Shown here: positions 18,228-28,717 of the stretch, piece by piece | How positions within the stretch are numbered: position 1 is the stretch's first letter | Layout of the letters: each line of letters begins with the position of its first letter | Assembly (NCBI GenBank): GCA_963708025.1 | Contig: CAVPSB010000034.1 | Location: 1 to 64,000 of the forward strand | DNA length: 64,000 nt | Origin: an uncultured Candidatus Rokubacteria bacterium | Lineage (GTDB): Bacteria > Methylomirabilota > Methylomirabilia > Rokubacteriales > DASRDR01 | Direction: 5' to 3' | The notes under the pieces: generated by a model | What the model was told of the DNA's origin: nothing | The model's input: the letters and a program-made list of their open reading frames with translations, nothing else | The model's database searches: none | Made by a program: the position numbers and the translations under genes

Positions 18228-19112
18228 ATGGAGTTCTTCTTCCAGCTCGTCCTCAACGGCCTGATGGTCGGCGCGCTCTACACGCTGATCGCGATGGGGT
18301 TCGTGCTCATCTACAAGGCGAGCGAGGTCATCAACTTCGCCCAGGGCGAGCAGGTCATGATCGGCGGCTACCTGGCCCTCATGATGCTGTCGTCCGTCCG
18401 GCTCCCCCTGCCGCTGGCCATCCTGGCCACCATGGGGGTGATGGCGCTGCTCGGCTTCGTCGTGGAGCGCGGGATCCTCCGGCCGCTGACCGGCTACCCG
18501 GTGGTGTCGGTCATCATGGCGACGATCGGGCTGGCCGCCATCTTCCGGGGCGTGGCGCCGCTGGTCTGGAGCGCCGAGGTGAGGGGGTTTCCGGCCATCG
18601 TCCCGGCGACCCCGATCCGGGTGCTGGGCGTCCCCCTGGCGCCGATCAACCTGGCCTCGGCCGGGCTGGCGTTCGTCTGCATGGCGGTGCTGGGCTACTT
18701 CTTCCAGCGGACGCGCTTCGGCGTCGCGATGCGCGCCGTTTCCGACGATCCGAAGGCGGCGGCCGCGATGGGGATCGACCTGCGGACGATCCTGGCCCTG
18801 GCCTGGGCGATTGCCGGCATGGTGTCCGCGCTGGGCGGCGTGATCTGGGGACGGATCCTGGGGGTGGACCCGTACCTCGCCATCGTGGGGCTCAAGGTGT
18901 TCCCCGTGGTCATCCTCGGGGGCCTGGACTCGATCATGGGGGCGGTCGTCGGCGGCTTCATCATGGGGGTGCTCGAGAACCTGGCCGCCGGGTACATCGA
19001 CCCCCTGGTGGGCGGCGGCGCCAAGGACGTCGTGCCGTTCGTCGTGCTGATCGTCGTCCTCATGGTCCGGCCGTACGGCCTCTTCGGCCGGGAGATCATC
19101 GAGCGTGTGTGA
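18228..19112 (+). CDS. Liv-type ABC permease (LivH-like, copy 2)
   Basis: YTLIAMGFVLIYKASEVINFAQGE; RPYGLFGREIIERV. Confidence 0.93.
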   Translation: MEFFFQLVLNGLMVGALYTLIAMGFVLIYKASEVINFAQGEQVMIGGYLALMMLSSVRLPLPLAILATMGVMALLGFVVERGILRPLTGYPVVSVIMATIGLAAIFRGVAPLVWSAEVRGFPAIVPATPIRVLGVPLAPINLASAGLAFVCMAVLGYFFQRTRFGVAMRAVSDDPKAAAAMGIDLRTILALAWAIAGMVSALGGVIWGRILGVDPYLAIVGLKVFPVVILGGLDSIMGAVVGGFIMGVLENLAAGYIDPLVGGGAKDVVPFVVLIVVLMVRPYGLFGREIIERV

Positions 19113-19134
19113 ACCGGGCCGGTAGTCTGGTTCG

Positions 19135-20199
19135 ATGCTAGCAAGGGAGTGCGGCGTCTTCCGGACCACCTACGCGGCCGACATGGCCGTCTACCAGCTC
19201 CCGCTCGCCCGCTTCGGCCTGGTCGGCCTCCTCATCGTCGTCTTCGGCGTCGTCCCGGCGCTGGCCACGGAGTACGCGCTCTCCGTCCTGAACCTGGTCG
19301 GCATCGCCTCCATCGGCGCCATCGGCCTCAACCTGCTGGTCGGGTTCGCCGGCCAGATCTCCCTCGGCCAGGGCGGCTTCATGGCCATCGGGGCGTACAC
19401 CGCTGCCCTCTTCGCCCTCCGCCTCGGCGCGCCGTTCTGGGTCGCCCTGCCGGCGGCCGGGCTGGTGACGGCCGCGGTCGGCTGCCTGTTCGGCATCCCG
19501 TCGCTCCGCGTCAAGGGGCTGTACCTCGCGATCGCCACGCTGGCCGCCCAGTTCATCATCGAGTGGAACCTGCTCCACTCCGGCTGGCTCACGGGGCAGG
19601 GGGCCCAGGGCGCCCTGGTCATCGAGCCGGCCGCCATCGGACCCTGGGTGCTCGAGACCGAGCGGCGCAAGTACTACCTCATCATGGTGGTGGCGCTGGT
19701 GGCCACGGTCGTCGCCCGCAACATCACCCGGACCTATCTCGGCCGGGCGTTCGTGGCCATCCGCGACCAGGACATCGCCGCCGAGACCATGGGCGTCGAC
19801 ATCTTCCGATACAAGCTCCTGGCCTTTGCCGTCTCGTCGTGCTACGCCGGCATCACCGGCGCCATGTGGGCCTACTACACCCAGGTGGTCAGCTACGAGC
19901 ACTTCCTGATCAGCACCTCGATCGACTACCTGGCGATGATCATCATCGGCGGCCTCGGCTCGGTGCCCGGATCGATCCTGGGGGCCGCCTTCATCACCCT
20001 GATGCCGGCCGGGATCCGGGACGGCCTGGAGTTCCTGAAGCGCCTGGGCCTCCCGGGGACCCTGGGCAACTTCTCGTATGCCCGGGAGATCATCTTCGGG
20101 CTCGTGATCGTGCTGTTCCTGATCTTCGAGCCCGAGGGGCTCTACCGGATCTGGCGGCGGGTCAAGGACTATTTTCGCCTCTGGCCCTTCGCGTACTGA
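19135..20199 (+). CDS. Liv-type ABC permease (LivM-like, copy 2)
   Basis: GLNLLVGFAGQISLG, LRVKGLYLAIATLA, FEPEGL. Confidence 0.93.
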   Translation: MLARECGVFRTTYAADMAVYQLPLARFGLVGLLIVVFGVVPALATEYALSVLNLVGIASIGAIGLNLLVGFAGQISLGQGGFMAIGAYTAALFALRLGAPFWVALPAAGLVTAAVGCLFGIPSLRVKGLYLAIATLAAQFIIEWNLLHSGWLTGQGAQGALVIEPAAIGPWVLETERRKYYLIMVVALVATVVARNITRTYLGRAFVAIRDQDIAAETMGVDIFRYKLLAFAVSSCYAGITGAMWAYYTQVVSYEHFLISTSIDYLAMIIIGGLGSVPGSILGAAFITLMPAGIRDGLEFLKRLGLPGTLGNFSYAREIIFGLVIVLFLIFEPEGLYRIWRRVKDYFRLWPFAY

Positions 20200-20244
20200 C
20201 GAGGCCGAGTGCAGCAACCTGACCGAACAGAGGAGGACAGCACG

Positions 20245-21453
20245 ATGAAGCGCTGGCTCGTGGGCTCCTGCCTGATCGTGGCCGTGCTCGCCCTGGGGGT
20301 GTCGGTGGCCGTCACCCAGGGCAAGGTCCTGAAGATCGGCAACTTCTGCGACCGGCTGGGCCCGACGCAGACGATCGGCGTCAAGTACTGCGTCGGCTTC
20401 CACGACTACATGGACCTGATCAACTCGCGCGGCGGTGTCGACGGCTGGAAGATCGAGCACAACGAGATCGAGCACGGCTACGCCGTGCCGAAGGCGGTCG
20501 ACGGGTACAACAAGTTCAAGTCCGAGGGGTACCTCGCCCTGGTGAGCTACGGGACCCCCATCACCGACGCGCTCAAGACCTTCGCCAACCGCGACAAGAT
20601 CAGCCTGCTCACGCCCGGGTTCGGGATCTCGGACGTCGAGGACCCTACCAAGTTCCCCTACGTGTTCGTCGGCGTGGCCGCCTACAAGGCGCAGGTGGCC
20701 GCCATCTACCAGTACATCAAGGAGGCGTGGAAGGAGAAGCGGGCGGCCAAGGTCGCCTACCTCTTCTACGACAACCCGGCCGGGCGCGATCCCATGGACT
20801 ACGTCCGGGAGCTGCCCAAGAAGCTCGGCAACATGGAGCTGGTCGGCGAGGTGGCCTGCTCGCCGCCCTGCGCCGAGGCCAGCTCCCAGATGCTGCAGCT
20901 GGCCCGGCTCAAGCCCGACTTCATCATCTCGCACCTGTTCGGAAAGGGGCCGACGCTGACCGTCCAGGAGAAAGCCAAGCATGACGACCTCAAGAACACC
21001 ACCATGATCAGCCTGGTGTGGGGCTTCAGCGAGGACGAGGTCAACGTCAACGGCCCCCTCGCCGAGGGCTACATGGGCGTGAACTTCGTGGTCATGCCCG
21101 AGGACCTGGCCAAGCTCCCCGTCCACAAGGATGTCGTGGACATGTACAAGAAGGCGGGGAAGGAGCCCCCGAAGGAGATGGGCTCGATCTACTACGTCCG
21201 CGGCATCATGAACGGGGCGCTCCTGGTCGAGGCCGCCAAGCACGCGATCAAGGCGGCCGGCGGCGGAGCGGTGACCGGGGAGCACTTCAAGAAAGGGATG
21301 GAGTCGATCAAGGACTTCACCGGCGAGGGGACGATGTCGCCGACGACCATCACGGCGTCGAACCACGCCGGCTCGCGGAAGGTCCGGCTCTACAAGGTGC
21401 AGGGCGGCAAGTTCGCGCTGGTGAAGGACTGGTTCGAGGGGCCGCATCTGTAG
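20245..21453 (+). CDS. Liv-type ABC substrate-binding protein (copy 2)
   Basis: AGGAGG SD, signal peptide MKRWLVG..., INSRGGVDGWKI. Confidence 0.9.
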   Translation: MKRWLVGSCLIVAVLALGVSVAVTQGKVLKIGNFCDRLGPTQTIGVKYCVGFHDYMDLINSRGGVDGWKIEHNEIEHGYAVPKAVDGYNKFKSEGYLALVSYGTPITDALKTFANRDKISLLTPGFGISDVEDPTKFPYVFVGVAAYKAQVAAIYQYIKEAWKEKRAAKVAYLFYDNPAGRDPMDYVRELPKKLGNMELVGEVACSPPCAEASSQMLQLARLKPDFIISHLFGKGPTLTVQEKAKHDDLKNTTMISLVWGFSEDEVNVNGPLAEGYMGVNFVVMPEDLAKLPVHKDVVDMYKKAGKEPPKEMGSIYYVRGIMNGALLVEAAKHAIKAAGGGAVTGEHFKKGMESIKDFTGEGTMSPTTITASNHAGSRKVRLYKVQGGKFALVKDWFEGPHL

Positions 21454-21455
21454 AA

Positions 21456-21551
21456 CCCCTCGTCCCTCTCGTCTCCGGGAGAGGGTCACGGTGAGGGCCG
21501 GCGTCCGACGGGGAACCCTCACCCGGCCCTCTCCCTGGAAGGGAGAGGGAG
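21456..21551. repeat. REP-like double hairpin (family C)
   Basis: CCCTCTC..GGGAGAGGGTCACGGTGAGGG...CCCTCACCCGGCCCTCTCCC.TGGAA.GGGAGAGGG, placed directly after the SBP stop. Confidence 0.75.
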
Positions 21552-21558
21552 CGGAAGC

Positions 21559-22350
<792 letters not shown>

Positions 22351-22353
<3 letters not shown>

Positions 22354-22668
22354 GGGCGGGGCCGATGAGCTTCGCAATGTTCGTCTCGGTCGGCGACATC
22401 CTCGGCGCTGCGGCATACGCCTCCGGTGGGCGACTCCTGCGTCCTAGCGCTGCTCGCTCCTCGGCCCGCCGCGCGAGCATCGACCGTACCCTTCCGGATC
22501 CGAAGGGGGCCGATGAGCGTCGCAACGTCCTCGGTCGGGACGGCGGCCTACGGCCTCGCGGCCGTCCCGACCTATGGCGTCCTCGGTCGTCGCCGATCCT
22601 CGGCCCGGAGTACGCCTCCGGTCGGCTCTCCCTGCGTCCTAGCGCTGCTCGGGTCTCGGCCCGGCGCC
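22351..22668 (+). repeat. Two tandem family B units lacking the M module
   Basis: Units ~22355-22470 and ~22504-22668, each GGGGCCGATGAGC...CTGCGTCCTAGCGCTGCTCG...TCGGCCC. Confidence 0.85.
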
Positions 22669-22682
22669 GGAAGCTGAGCGGC

Positions 22683-23186
22683 GTGGCTGAGCTGCGCATC
22701 GAGACGCGGGAGGATGGCTCGGTGGTGCTCACCGATACCACTGGCCGGCGGTGGGGTGTCGCGGCGGCGGGTGTCGTCGGCGGCGGGTGGCTGCTGGGGA
22801 GCCTGGCGACGGCCGGGCTGACCCTGGTCGCCGCCGTGGTCACGGGACCGATCGCCCTCATCGCCATCCTGGCCGGCGTCGCCGCCGCCCGGCATCGGGA
22901 CTGGATCGTCTTCGACCGCCAGGGGCGGGAGATCGTCTTCCGCCGCGGCCTCGTCGCGATGTTCCGGTCGGTCTCGGCGGTGCCGTTCGACGAGGTGGAG
23001 GCGATCCTCGTCGAGGAGCCGGAGACGACCGGCGGGCTCGCCGAGGTCTCCCTCCGCCGGGCCGGCGACTTCGTGTGGCCGATCGACGCCAGCGCTGATC
23101 CGGCGTACGTGCGGCGGCTGGCGGCTGCGCTCGCCGAGGTCGGCGGCTGGCCGGTGGTCCGGGAGCGGGAGGCGGTCCGTCGGTGA
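22683..23186 (+). CDS. Hypothetical membrane protein (two TM segments, soluble C-terminal domain)
   Basis: GTG start after the repeat; hydrophobic hairpin; GTGA overlap with the next gene. Confidence 0.7.
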   Translation: MAELRIETREDGSVVLTDTTGRRWGVAAAGVVGGGWLLGSLATAGLTLVAAVVTGPIALIAILAGVAAARHRDWIVFDRQGREIVFRRGLVAMFRSVSAVPFDEVEAILVEEPETTGGLAEVSLRRAGDFVWPIDASADPAYVRRLAAALAEVGGWPVVREREAVRR

Positions 23187-24232
23187 CGGAGCGGCTTCCG
23201 CTCCTTCCCACCTCGGTCGTCGGCAGCCACGCGCTGCCCGGCTGGCTGGTCCTCGGACGGGAGGCCGAGACGGCCGGCCGGCTGGGGCCGGCGGACCGCC
23301 GCGAGCTGATCGAGGACGCGACCCGCATCGCGCTGCTGGATCAGATCGAGGCCGGCGTCGACGTCCCGGCCAACGGCGAGATGGGCCGCGAGAACTTCAC
23401 CCTTGGCTTCTTCGGCCGGCTGGCCGGGCTCCGCGCCCTCCCGGCGCCCCGCCGGCTCGGGGTGCCGAGCTACGACGTCCATCCGCCGTACGAGGTGGTC
23501 GAGCAGGTGTCGGCGCCCGAGGGCCTCGGGCTCGCCGAGGAGTGGCGCATGACCCGGCGGCTCACCCAGCGGCCGCTCCGGGCGACATGCCCCGGCCCGT
23601 TCACGCTGGCCATCCCGCTCCGCCACGCCGGTGGTCCCTACCGGGATCGGGCGACCCTGCTGGCCGACCTGGCCGACGTCGTCAACGCCGAGCTGCGGGC
23701 CCTCGTCGACGCGGGCGCCGACTTCATCCAGGTGGACGAGCCGAACTTCGTCATGCTGCGCGGCGCCGACGCCCGGGAGCGGGTCGAGCTGTTCAACCGG
23801 ACCGTGGCCGGTGTGCTGGCGAAGATCGCGCTCCACGTCTGCTTCGGGAACCTCTACAACAGACCCTTCGCGACGCCGCGGGAGTACCGGCCGCTGTTCC
23901 CCGCGCTCCTCGACGCGCGCTGCCAGCAGCTCGTCTTCGAGTTCGCCAGCCGCGAGATGGCCGAGATCGAGTTGATGAAGGAGGTGGGCGACCGCGAGGT
24001 GGCCGTCGGCGTGATCGACGTGAAGGCCTACCGGGTCGAGACGCCGGAGGAGGTGGCCACCCGGATCCGGCGGGCGCTCGAGCACGTGCCCGTCGGGCGG
24101 CTGTGGATCGTTCCCGACTGCGGCTTCTGGGCGACCCCGCGACCCGCGGCGGTGGCGAAGCTCCGCGCCATGGTGGCCGGGACCCGCCTCGTCCGCGACG
24201 AGCTGGCCGCCGGGCCCGGGCTGGGAGGCTGA
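23183..24232 (+). CDS. Cobalamin-independent methionine synthase II family (MetE C-terminal-like, Zn)
   Basis: TSVVGS, IQVDEP, HVCFGN, FEFA, VPDCGF (His/Cys/Glu/Cys Zn ligands). Confidence 0.88.
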   Translation: MTERLPLLPTSVVGSHALPGWLVLGREAETAGRLGPADRRELIEDATRIALLDQIEAGVDVPANGEMGRENFTLGFFGRLAGLRALPAPRRLGVPSYDVHPPYEVVEQVSAPEGLGLAEEWRMTRRLTQRPLRATCPGPFTLAIPLRHAGGPYRDRATLLADLADVVNAELRALVDAGADFIQVDEPNFVMLRGADARERVELFNRTVAGVLAKIALHVCFGNLYNRPFATPREYRPLFPALLDARCQQLVFEFASREMAEIELMKEVGDREVAVGVIDVKAYRVETPEEVATRIRRALEHVPVGRLWIVPDCGFWATPRPAAVAKLRAMVAGTRLVRDELAAGPGLGG

Positions 24233-24999
24233 TGCCGGGCCGCCTGGCCGGCAAGGTCGCCATCGTCACCGGCGCCGGCTCGCGCGGGCCGGGGCTCGGC
24301 AACGGCAAGGCCACCGCGATCCTGTTCGCCCGCGAGGGCGCCCGGGTCCTCTGCGTGGACCTGGCGAAGGAGCGGGCCGAGGAGACGGCGGGGCTGATCC
24401 GGGCGGAGGGCGGGGTGGCGGAGCCCCTGGTCGCCGACGTCACCCGGGGCGACGACTGCCGGGCCATGGTGGCGGCGGCGGTCGAGCGCTGGGGCGGGCT
24501 GGACGTCCTCCACAACAACGTGGGCATCGAGTCCCGGAAAGACCTCCTCGATGTGACCGAGGAGGAGTGGGATCGGGTGCTGGCCGTCGACCTCAAGTCG
24601 ATGTTCCTGGCCACGCGGCACGCGGCGCCGGCGATGATCGACCGGGGCGGGGGAGCGGTCGTCTGCGTCTCGTCCGTCGCCGGCCTGCGGGGACACGGCC
24701 GCACGGCGTACGCGGCCGCCAAGGCGGGGGTGATCGGCTTCGTGCAGAGCGTCGCCGTCCAGCTGGGGCCGAAGGGCGTGCGCATCAACGCCATCGCCCC
24801 CGGCACCGTCTGGACGCCGATGGTCGAGTCGCTCGGTCCCGAGGCCCGGGAGCGCCGCCGGCGGGCGACGCCGCTCGGGACGGAGGGCACCGGCTGGGAC
24901 GTGGCGTGGGGCGCGGTCTACCTGGCGAGCGACGAGGCCCGGTGGGTGACGGGTCAGACGCTCGTCATCGACGGCGGCCTGACGGTGACGACGCGATGA
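24232..24999 (+). CDS. Short-chain dehydrogenase/reductase
   Basis: TGAGSRGPGLGNG, HNNVG, YAAAK, NAIAPG, VIDGG. Confidence 0.93.
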   Translation: MPGRLAGKVAIVTGAGSRGPGLGNGKATAILFAREGARVLCVDLAKERAEETAGLIRAEGGVAEPLVADVTRGDDCRAMVAAAVERWGGLDVLHNNVGIESRKDLLDVTEEEWDRVLAVDLKSMFLATRHAAPAMIDRGGGAVVCVSSVAGLRGHGRTAYAAAKAGVIGFVQSVAVQLGPKGVRINAIAPGTVWTPMVESLGPEARERRRRATPLGTEGTGWDVAWGAVYLASDEARWVTGQTLVIDGGLTVTTR

Positions 25000-25006
25000 G
25001 AACATC

Positions 25007-25090
25007 GGGGGGGTCTCGGAAGACCCCCCCGAGGCCCCCCCGCGGAGGCCGCGACTGTTCGACGGCCTTCGGCCTGTGGGCCGCGGCTCG
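25007..25090. repeat. Family D G/C hairpin followed by an M module
   Basis: CGGGGGGGTCTCGGAAGACCCCCCCG...TTCGACGGCCTTCGGCCTGTGGG. Confidence 0.7.
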
Positions 25091-25192
25091 AAGTGGAACG
25101 CCGCGACCGCGGGGCAGAGCCGGAGGGTTGCGAGAAACCGACGGGCGGCGGAAATCGATCCGCGGGCATCCAGAGGGCGAGGGGGGTTCAGC

Positions 25193-26143
25193 ATGGCGAT
25201 GACGTTCGGGATCCACGTGGGGCACCTCGGGGGACCGATGGCCGAGCTGTCGCGGCTCTGGCGCTTCGCCGACGAGCGCGGCTTCGACTGGTTCTCGGTC
25301 TCCGACCATTTCCAGGAGTCGCCGCCGCAGGGCGGCGACCTCGACTGCTTCGAGGCCGTCGCCACCATGGCCGCGGCGGCCGCCGGGACCCGCCACGTGC
25401 GCATCGGCTGCCTGGTCTATTGCGTGAGCTACCGGAACCCGGGTCTGCTGGCCAAGGCGCTCTGCACGGTCGACCATCTCTCGGGCGGGCGGGTGGAGTG
25501 CGGGATCGGCGCCGGCTGGCACGCGTTGGAGCACAAGGCGTTCGGGATCCCGTTCCCCTCGATCGGCGTCCGGGAGGACCAGCTCGAGGAGTACGCGCAG
25601 GTGCTCCGCCGGCTCTTCGACCAGAAGGTGGCGAGCTTCACCGGGCGCCACTACCGGCTGGACGAGGCCCGCTGCAACCCGAAGCCCCTCCAGCCCCATC
25701 TCCGGATCTGGATCGGCGGCCTGGGCGAGAAGCGGACGCTGCGGGCCGCCGCCCGCCACGCCGATGGCTGGAACGCTCCGTACATCGACCCGACGACCTG
25801 GAGCGCCAAGAACGCGATCCTGGACGAGTGGTGCCGGCGGGAAGGCCGGGACCCGAAGGCCGTCCACCGCACCGTCAACGTCGGCTTCTACGTCGGCGCC
25901 GACGCCCGGACGGCCGCCCGCCAGGAGGAGCTGCTGCACGCCCAGTGGGGACCGGACCTGGGCGGCCGCCGGGGGTTCCTGCGCGGGACGCCGGACCGGG
26001 CGCTCGACATGGCCGCCGCCTACCGCGACGCCGGCGTCGAGCGGCTCAACATCGCGCTCCGCCAGGGACCGTACGACTGGGACGCGCTCGCCGCCTATGC
26101 CGAGACGGTCCTCCCCGCCTTCGGCGCCGGTCGAATGCAGTGA
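25193..26143 (+). CDS. LLM-class flavin/F420-dependent oxidoreductase
   Basis: SDHF, YRNPGLLAK, HLSGGRVECGIGAGW, IWIGGLGEKRTLRAAARHADGWN. Confidence 0.9.
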   Translation: MAMTFGIHVGHLGGPMAELSRLWRFADERGFDWFSVSDHFQESPPQGGDLDCFEAVATMAAAAAGTRHVRIGCLVYCVSYRNPGLLAKALCTVDHLSGGRVECGIGAGWHALEHKAFGIPFPSIGVREDQLEEYAQVLRRLFDQKVASFTGRHYRLDEARCNPKPLQPHLRIWIGGLGEKRTLRAAARHADGWNAPYIDPTTWSAKNAILDEWCRREGRDPKAVHRTVNVGFYVGADARTAARQEELLHAQWGPDLGGRRGFLRGTPDRALDMAAAYRDAGVERLNIALRQGPYDWDALAAYAETVLPAFGAGRMQ

Positions 26144-26277
26144 GAGCGTGTGAAACCGTCGGTACCTCCGACTCCCCCCTCCCCCCGGCCACAGGCCGAA
26201 GGCCGTCCAACAATAGGGGAGGGGGGCAAAAGGCCGAAGGCGGTCGAAGGATCGGGTGGGCGGGAGGTCCCGATTGA
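26141..26277 (+). repeat. Repeat family A copy 3 (two M modules)
   Basis: TGAGAGCGTGTGA...CCCCCCTCCCCCC-[M]-GGGGAGGGGGG-[M]-GGGTGGGCGGGAGGTCCCGATTGA. Confidence 0.9.
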
Positions 26278-26286
26278 GGTGAGACC

Positions 26287-27561
26287 ATGACCCGGGAGAC
26301 GCGGCTCAAGGGCTACTACGACCGCAAGGGCGAGACCATGGGGCTCCGCGCCCGACGCCGCTATCAGGAGGCCTGGCTGCAGGGGCTGGTCGCCCACGCC
26401 TGGCGGAAGGCGCCGGGCGTGCGCCGCCGGATGGAGGCCGCCGGCCTCCGCCCCGCCGACCTCGGGACCCTCGAGGGTCTGGATCGTCTCCCGGTGATCC
26501 GGAAGGCGGCGATGCCCGACCTCCAGAAGGCCGACCCGCCGTTCGGCGGCTTCTGCACCGCGAAGGCCGAAGACCTCCAGTGGGTCTTCGTCTCGCCCGG
26601 TCCCATCTACGAGCCCTTCGAGCGCCGGGACCGGAGCCCCTGGCGCACCGAGGTCTCGTGCTTCGCCGGCGGCTTCCGGCCGGGCGACGTCGTGGTCAAC
26701 ACGTTCCTCTATCACCTCACGCCGGCCGCCCACCTGATCGACCGGGGCCTGGCCCTCCTCGGCTGCACCGTCGTCCCGACAGGGCCCGGCAACACCGACG
26801 TCCAGATCAAGACGATCCTCGACCTCCGCGCCACCGGTTACGTCGGCACGCCGTCCTTCCTGGTGACCCTCCTCAAGCACGCCGCCGAGCGCGGCGTCGG
26901 CAAGCTGCCGCTCGAGGTCGCCCACGTCGGGGCCGAGGCCCTGCCGGAGTCGCTCCGCCGCGCCTTCGAGCAGGAGCACGGCATCCTGACCCGCCAGTCT
27001 TTCGGCACCGCCGACCTCGGCATCGTCGCCTACGAGTGCCGGGAGGCCGCCGGCATGCACCTGTCGGAGGATGCCGTCTTCGAGATCTGCGACCCGCAGA
27101 CCGGCGCCCCGCTCCCGGCCGGCGAGGTCGGCGAGATCGTCTGCACGGTGAACCACCGGACCTACCCGATGATCCGCTTCGCGACCGGCGACCTCTCGGT
27201 GGTGACCGAGGCGCCGTGCCTCTGCGGCCGGACCTCGCCGCGGATGCTGGGCTGGCGGGGCCGGGCCGACGAGGTCACGAAGGTCCGGGGGATGTTCGTC
27301 CACCCGCGCCAGGGCGACGAGGTGGCCGCGCGGTTCCCGGGTGTGAGCCGCTACCAGGTGGTGGTGACCCGGCGCGAGCACCAGGACGAATTGACCTTTC
27401 ACGTCGAGCTGCGCCCGGACGCCGACCGGGTGGCGATCGAGAGCGGGCTTCCGGCCGCGGCCCGCGACGTCATAAAGCTGCGCGGCGAGGTGCGCGTCGT
27501 CCCACCCGGCACCATCCCGGACGGCGCCAAGAAGATCGACGACCAGCGCAAATGGGACTGA
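26287..27561 (+). CDS. Phenylacetate-CoA ligase (PaaK)-like adenylate-forming protein
   Basis: VSPGPIYEP, YVGTPSFL, FGTADLG, YPMIRFATGD, GRADEVTKVRGMFVHP. Confidence 0.85.
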   Translation: MTRETRLKGYYDRKGETMGLRARRRYQEAWLQGLVAHAWRKAPGVRRRMEAAGLRPADLGTLEGLDRLPVIRKAAMPDLQKADPPFGGFCTAKAEDLQWVFVSPGPIYEPFERRDRSPWRTEVSCFAGGFRPGDVVVNTFLYHLTPAAHLIDRGLALLGCTVVPTGPGNTDVQIKTILDLRATGYVGTPSFLVTLLKHAAERGVGKLPLEVAHVGAEALPESLRRAFEQEHGILTRQSFGTADLGIVAYECREAAGMHLSEDAVFEICDPQTGAPLPAGEVGEIVCTVNHRTYPMIRFATGDLSVVTEAPCLCGRTSPRMLGWRGRADEVTKVRGMFVHPRQGDEVAARFPGVSRYQVVVTRREHQDELTFHVELRPDADRVAIESGLPAAARDVIKLRGEVRVVPPGTIPDGAKKIDDQRKWD

Positions 27562-27599
27562 CACCAGGACTGACACCCGTTCACTCGATTGCGTACCGC

Positions 27600-27692
27600 G
27601 TCCCTCCGGCCCCCCCCTCCCCCGGCCACAGGCCGAAGGCCGTCCAACAGTGGGGGAGGGGGGGTTGGGGGGAGGGAGGGAGGTCTCAAATG
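27600..27692 (+). repeat. Repeat family A copy 4
   Basis: CCCCCCCTCCCCC-[M]-GTGGGGGAGGGGGGGTTGGGGGGAGGGAGGGAGGTCTCAAATG. Confidence 0.85.
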
Positions 27693-28628
27693 ACCCAGCC
27701 GCTCACGTTCTCGGGCATCATGCCCGCCAATCTGCTGCCGTTCACCGCCGACCTCGCCATCGACGAGCCGGCGTACCGGCGCCACCTGCGCTGGCTCGCT
27801 GACACGCGGGGCGTGACCGGCATCGTGGCCAACGGCCACGCGGCCGAGGTGTCCTCCCTTCTCCGGGACGAGCGGCGGCGGGCGCTGGCCATCGCGGTGG
27901 ACGAGGTGGCCAGCCGCTGCCCGGTCGTCGCCGGCGTCTACACGGACGGGACCCGGGAGGCGGTCGAGCTGGCGCGCGACGCGAAGGCCGAGGGCGCGGC
28001 GGGTGTCCTGGTCTTCCCGCCCACGCTGTTCATGTGGGGCGCCCAGCTCAAGCCCGAGATGGTGCTCCGCCACTTCTCGGAGATCGCGGCCGGGGCGGAC
28101 CTGCCGATCGTCGTTTTCGAGTACCCGCCGGCCTCGGGGATCGGCTACGCCCCCGAGACGCTGGCCCGGCTCGCCGAGATTCCCCGGGTGGCGGCGGTCA
28201 AGGACTGGTCGAACGACATCGTCGCCTACGAGCGGAACCTGCGCGCCCTGCGAGCGACCGGCCGACCGGTGGCCATGCTCTCCTCCTTCACGCTCTCGCT
28301 GATGGCGTCCTTCCTGCTCGGCGCGGACGGCGCGATCTCGGGGATGGGGAGCGTGACCGCCGATCTCCAGGTCGCGCTGTTCGAGGCCTGCCAGAAGGGA
28401 GACCTCGACGGGGCCCGGCGGATCAACGACCGGCTGGAGCCGTTGCTTCGCGTCTTCTACGCGCCGCCGTTCGTCAACATGCACAACCGGATGAAGGAAG
28501 CCCTCGTGCTCCTCGGCCGCCTGCCCGCCGCCCACGTGCGCTCGCCGCTCTGCCCGGTCGGGGACGCCGAGCGGGAGGCGATCCGCCGCGCGCTCCGGGC
28601 CGCCGGGATCGAGCCATCGACGCGCTGA
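27690..28628 (+). CDS. Dihydrodipicolinate synthase (class I aldolase) family protein, not canonical DapA
   Basis: LPFTADLAIDE, ANGHAAE in place of GTTGE, Schiff-base Lys in AAVKDWS. Confidence 0.88.
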   Translation: MTQPLTFSGIMPANLLPFTADLAIDEPAYRRHLRWLADTRGVTGIVANGHAAEVSSLLRDERRRALAIAVDEVASRCPVVAGVYTDGTREAVELARDAKAEGAAGVLVFPPTLFMWGAQLKPEMVLRHFSEIAAGADLPIVVFEYPPASGIGYAPETLARLAEIPRVAAVKDWSNDIVAYERNLRALRATGRPVAMLSSFTLSLMASFLLGADGAISGMGSVTADLQVALFEACQKGDLDGARRINDRLEPLLRVFYAPPFVNMHNRMKEALVLLGRLPAAHVRSPLCPVGDAEREAIRRALRAAGIEPSTR

Positions 28629-28678
28629 AACGCGGCGCAATACGTGGGAATCGCGGACGAAATCGCGGCACAAACTCC

Positions 28679-28708
28679 TTGACGGGCCGGGTCGCCGGCC
28701 ATCAGAAT
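28679..28708 (+). promoter_or_regulatory. Sigma70-type promoter heading the PKS/lipid cluster
   Basis: TTGACG-18 nt-CAGAAT, 9 nt before ATG 28718. Confidence 0.55.
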
Positions 28709-28717
28709 AAGGGCTCA

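Noticed and set aside
22365-22682. N-terminal extensions and small ORFs reading through repeats (22365, 15105-15359, 14217, 25076)
   Set aside because: They are translations of family A/B/D repeat DNA; better starts lie downstream.
23183-24232. Calling the gene metE
   Set aside because: It is only half-length with no folate-binding N-domain; the substrate is unknown.
27690-28628. Calling the gene dapA
   Set aside because: The pyruvate-binding GTTGE motif is replaced and the context is catabolic.
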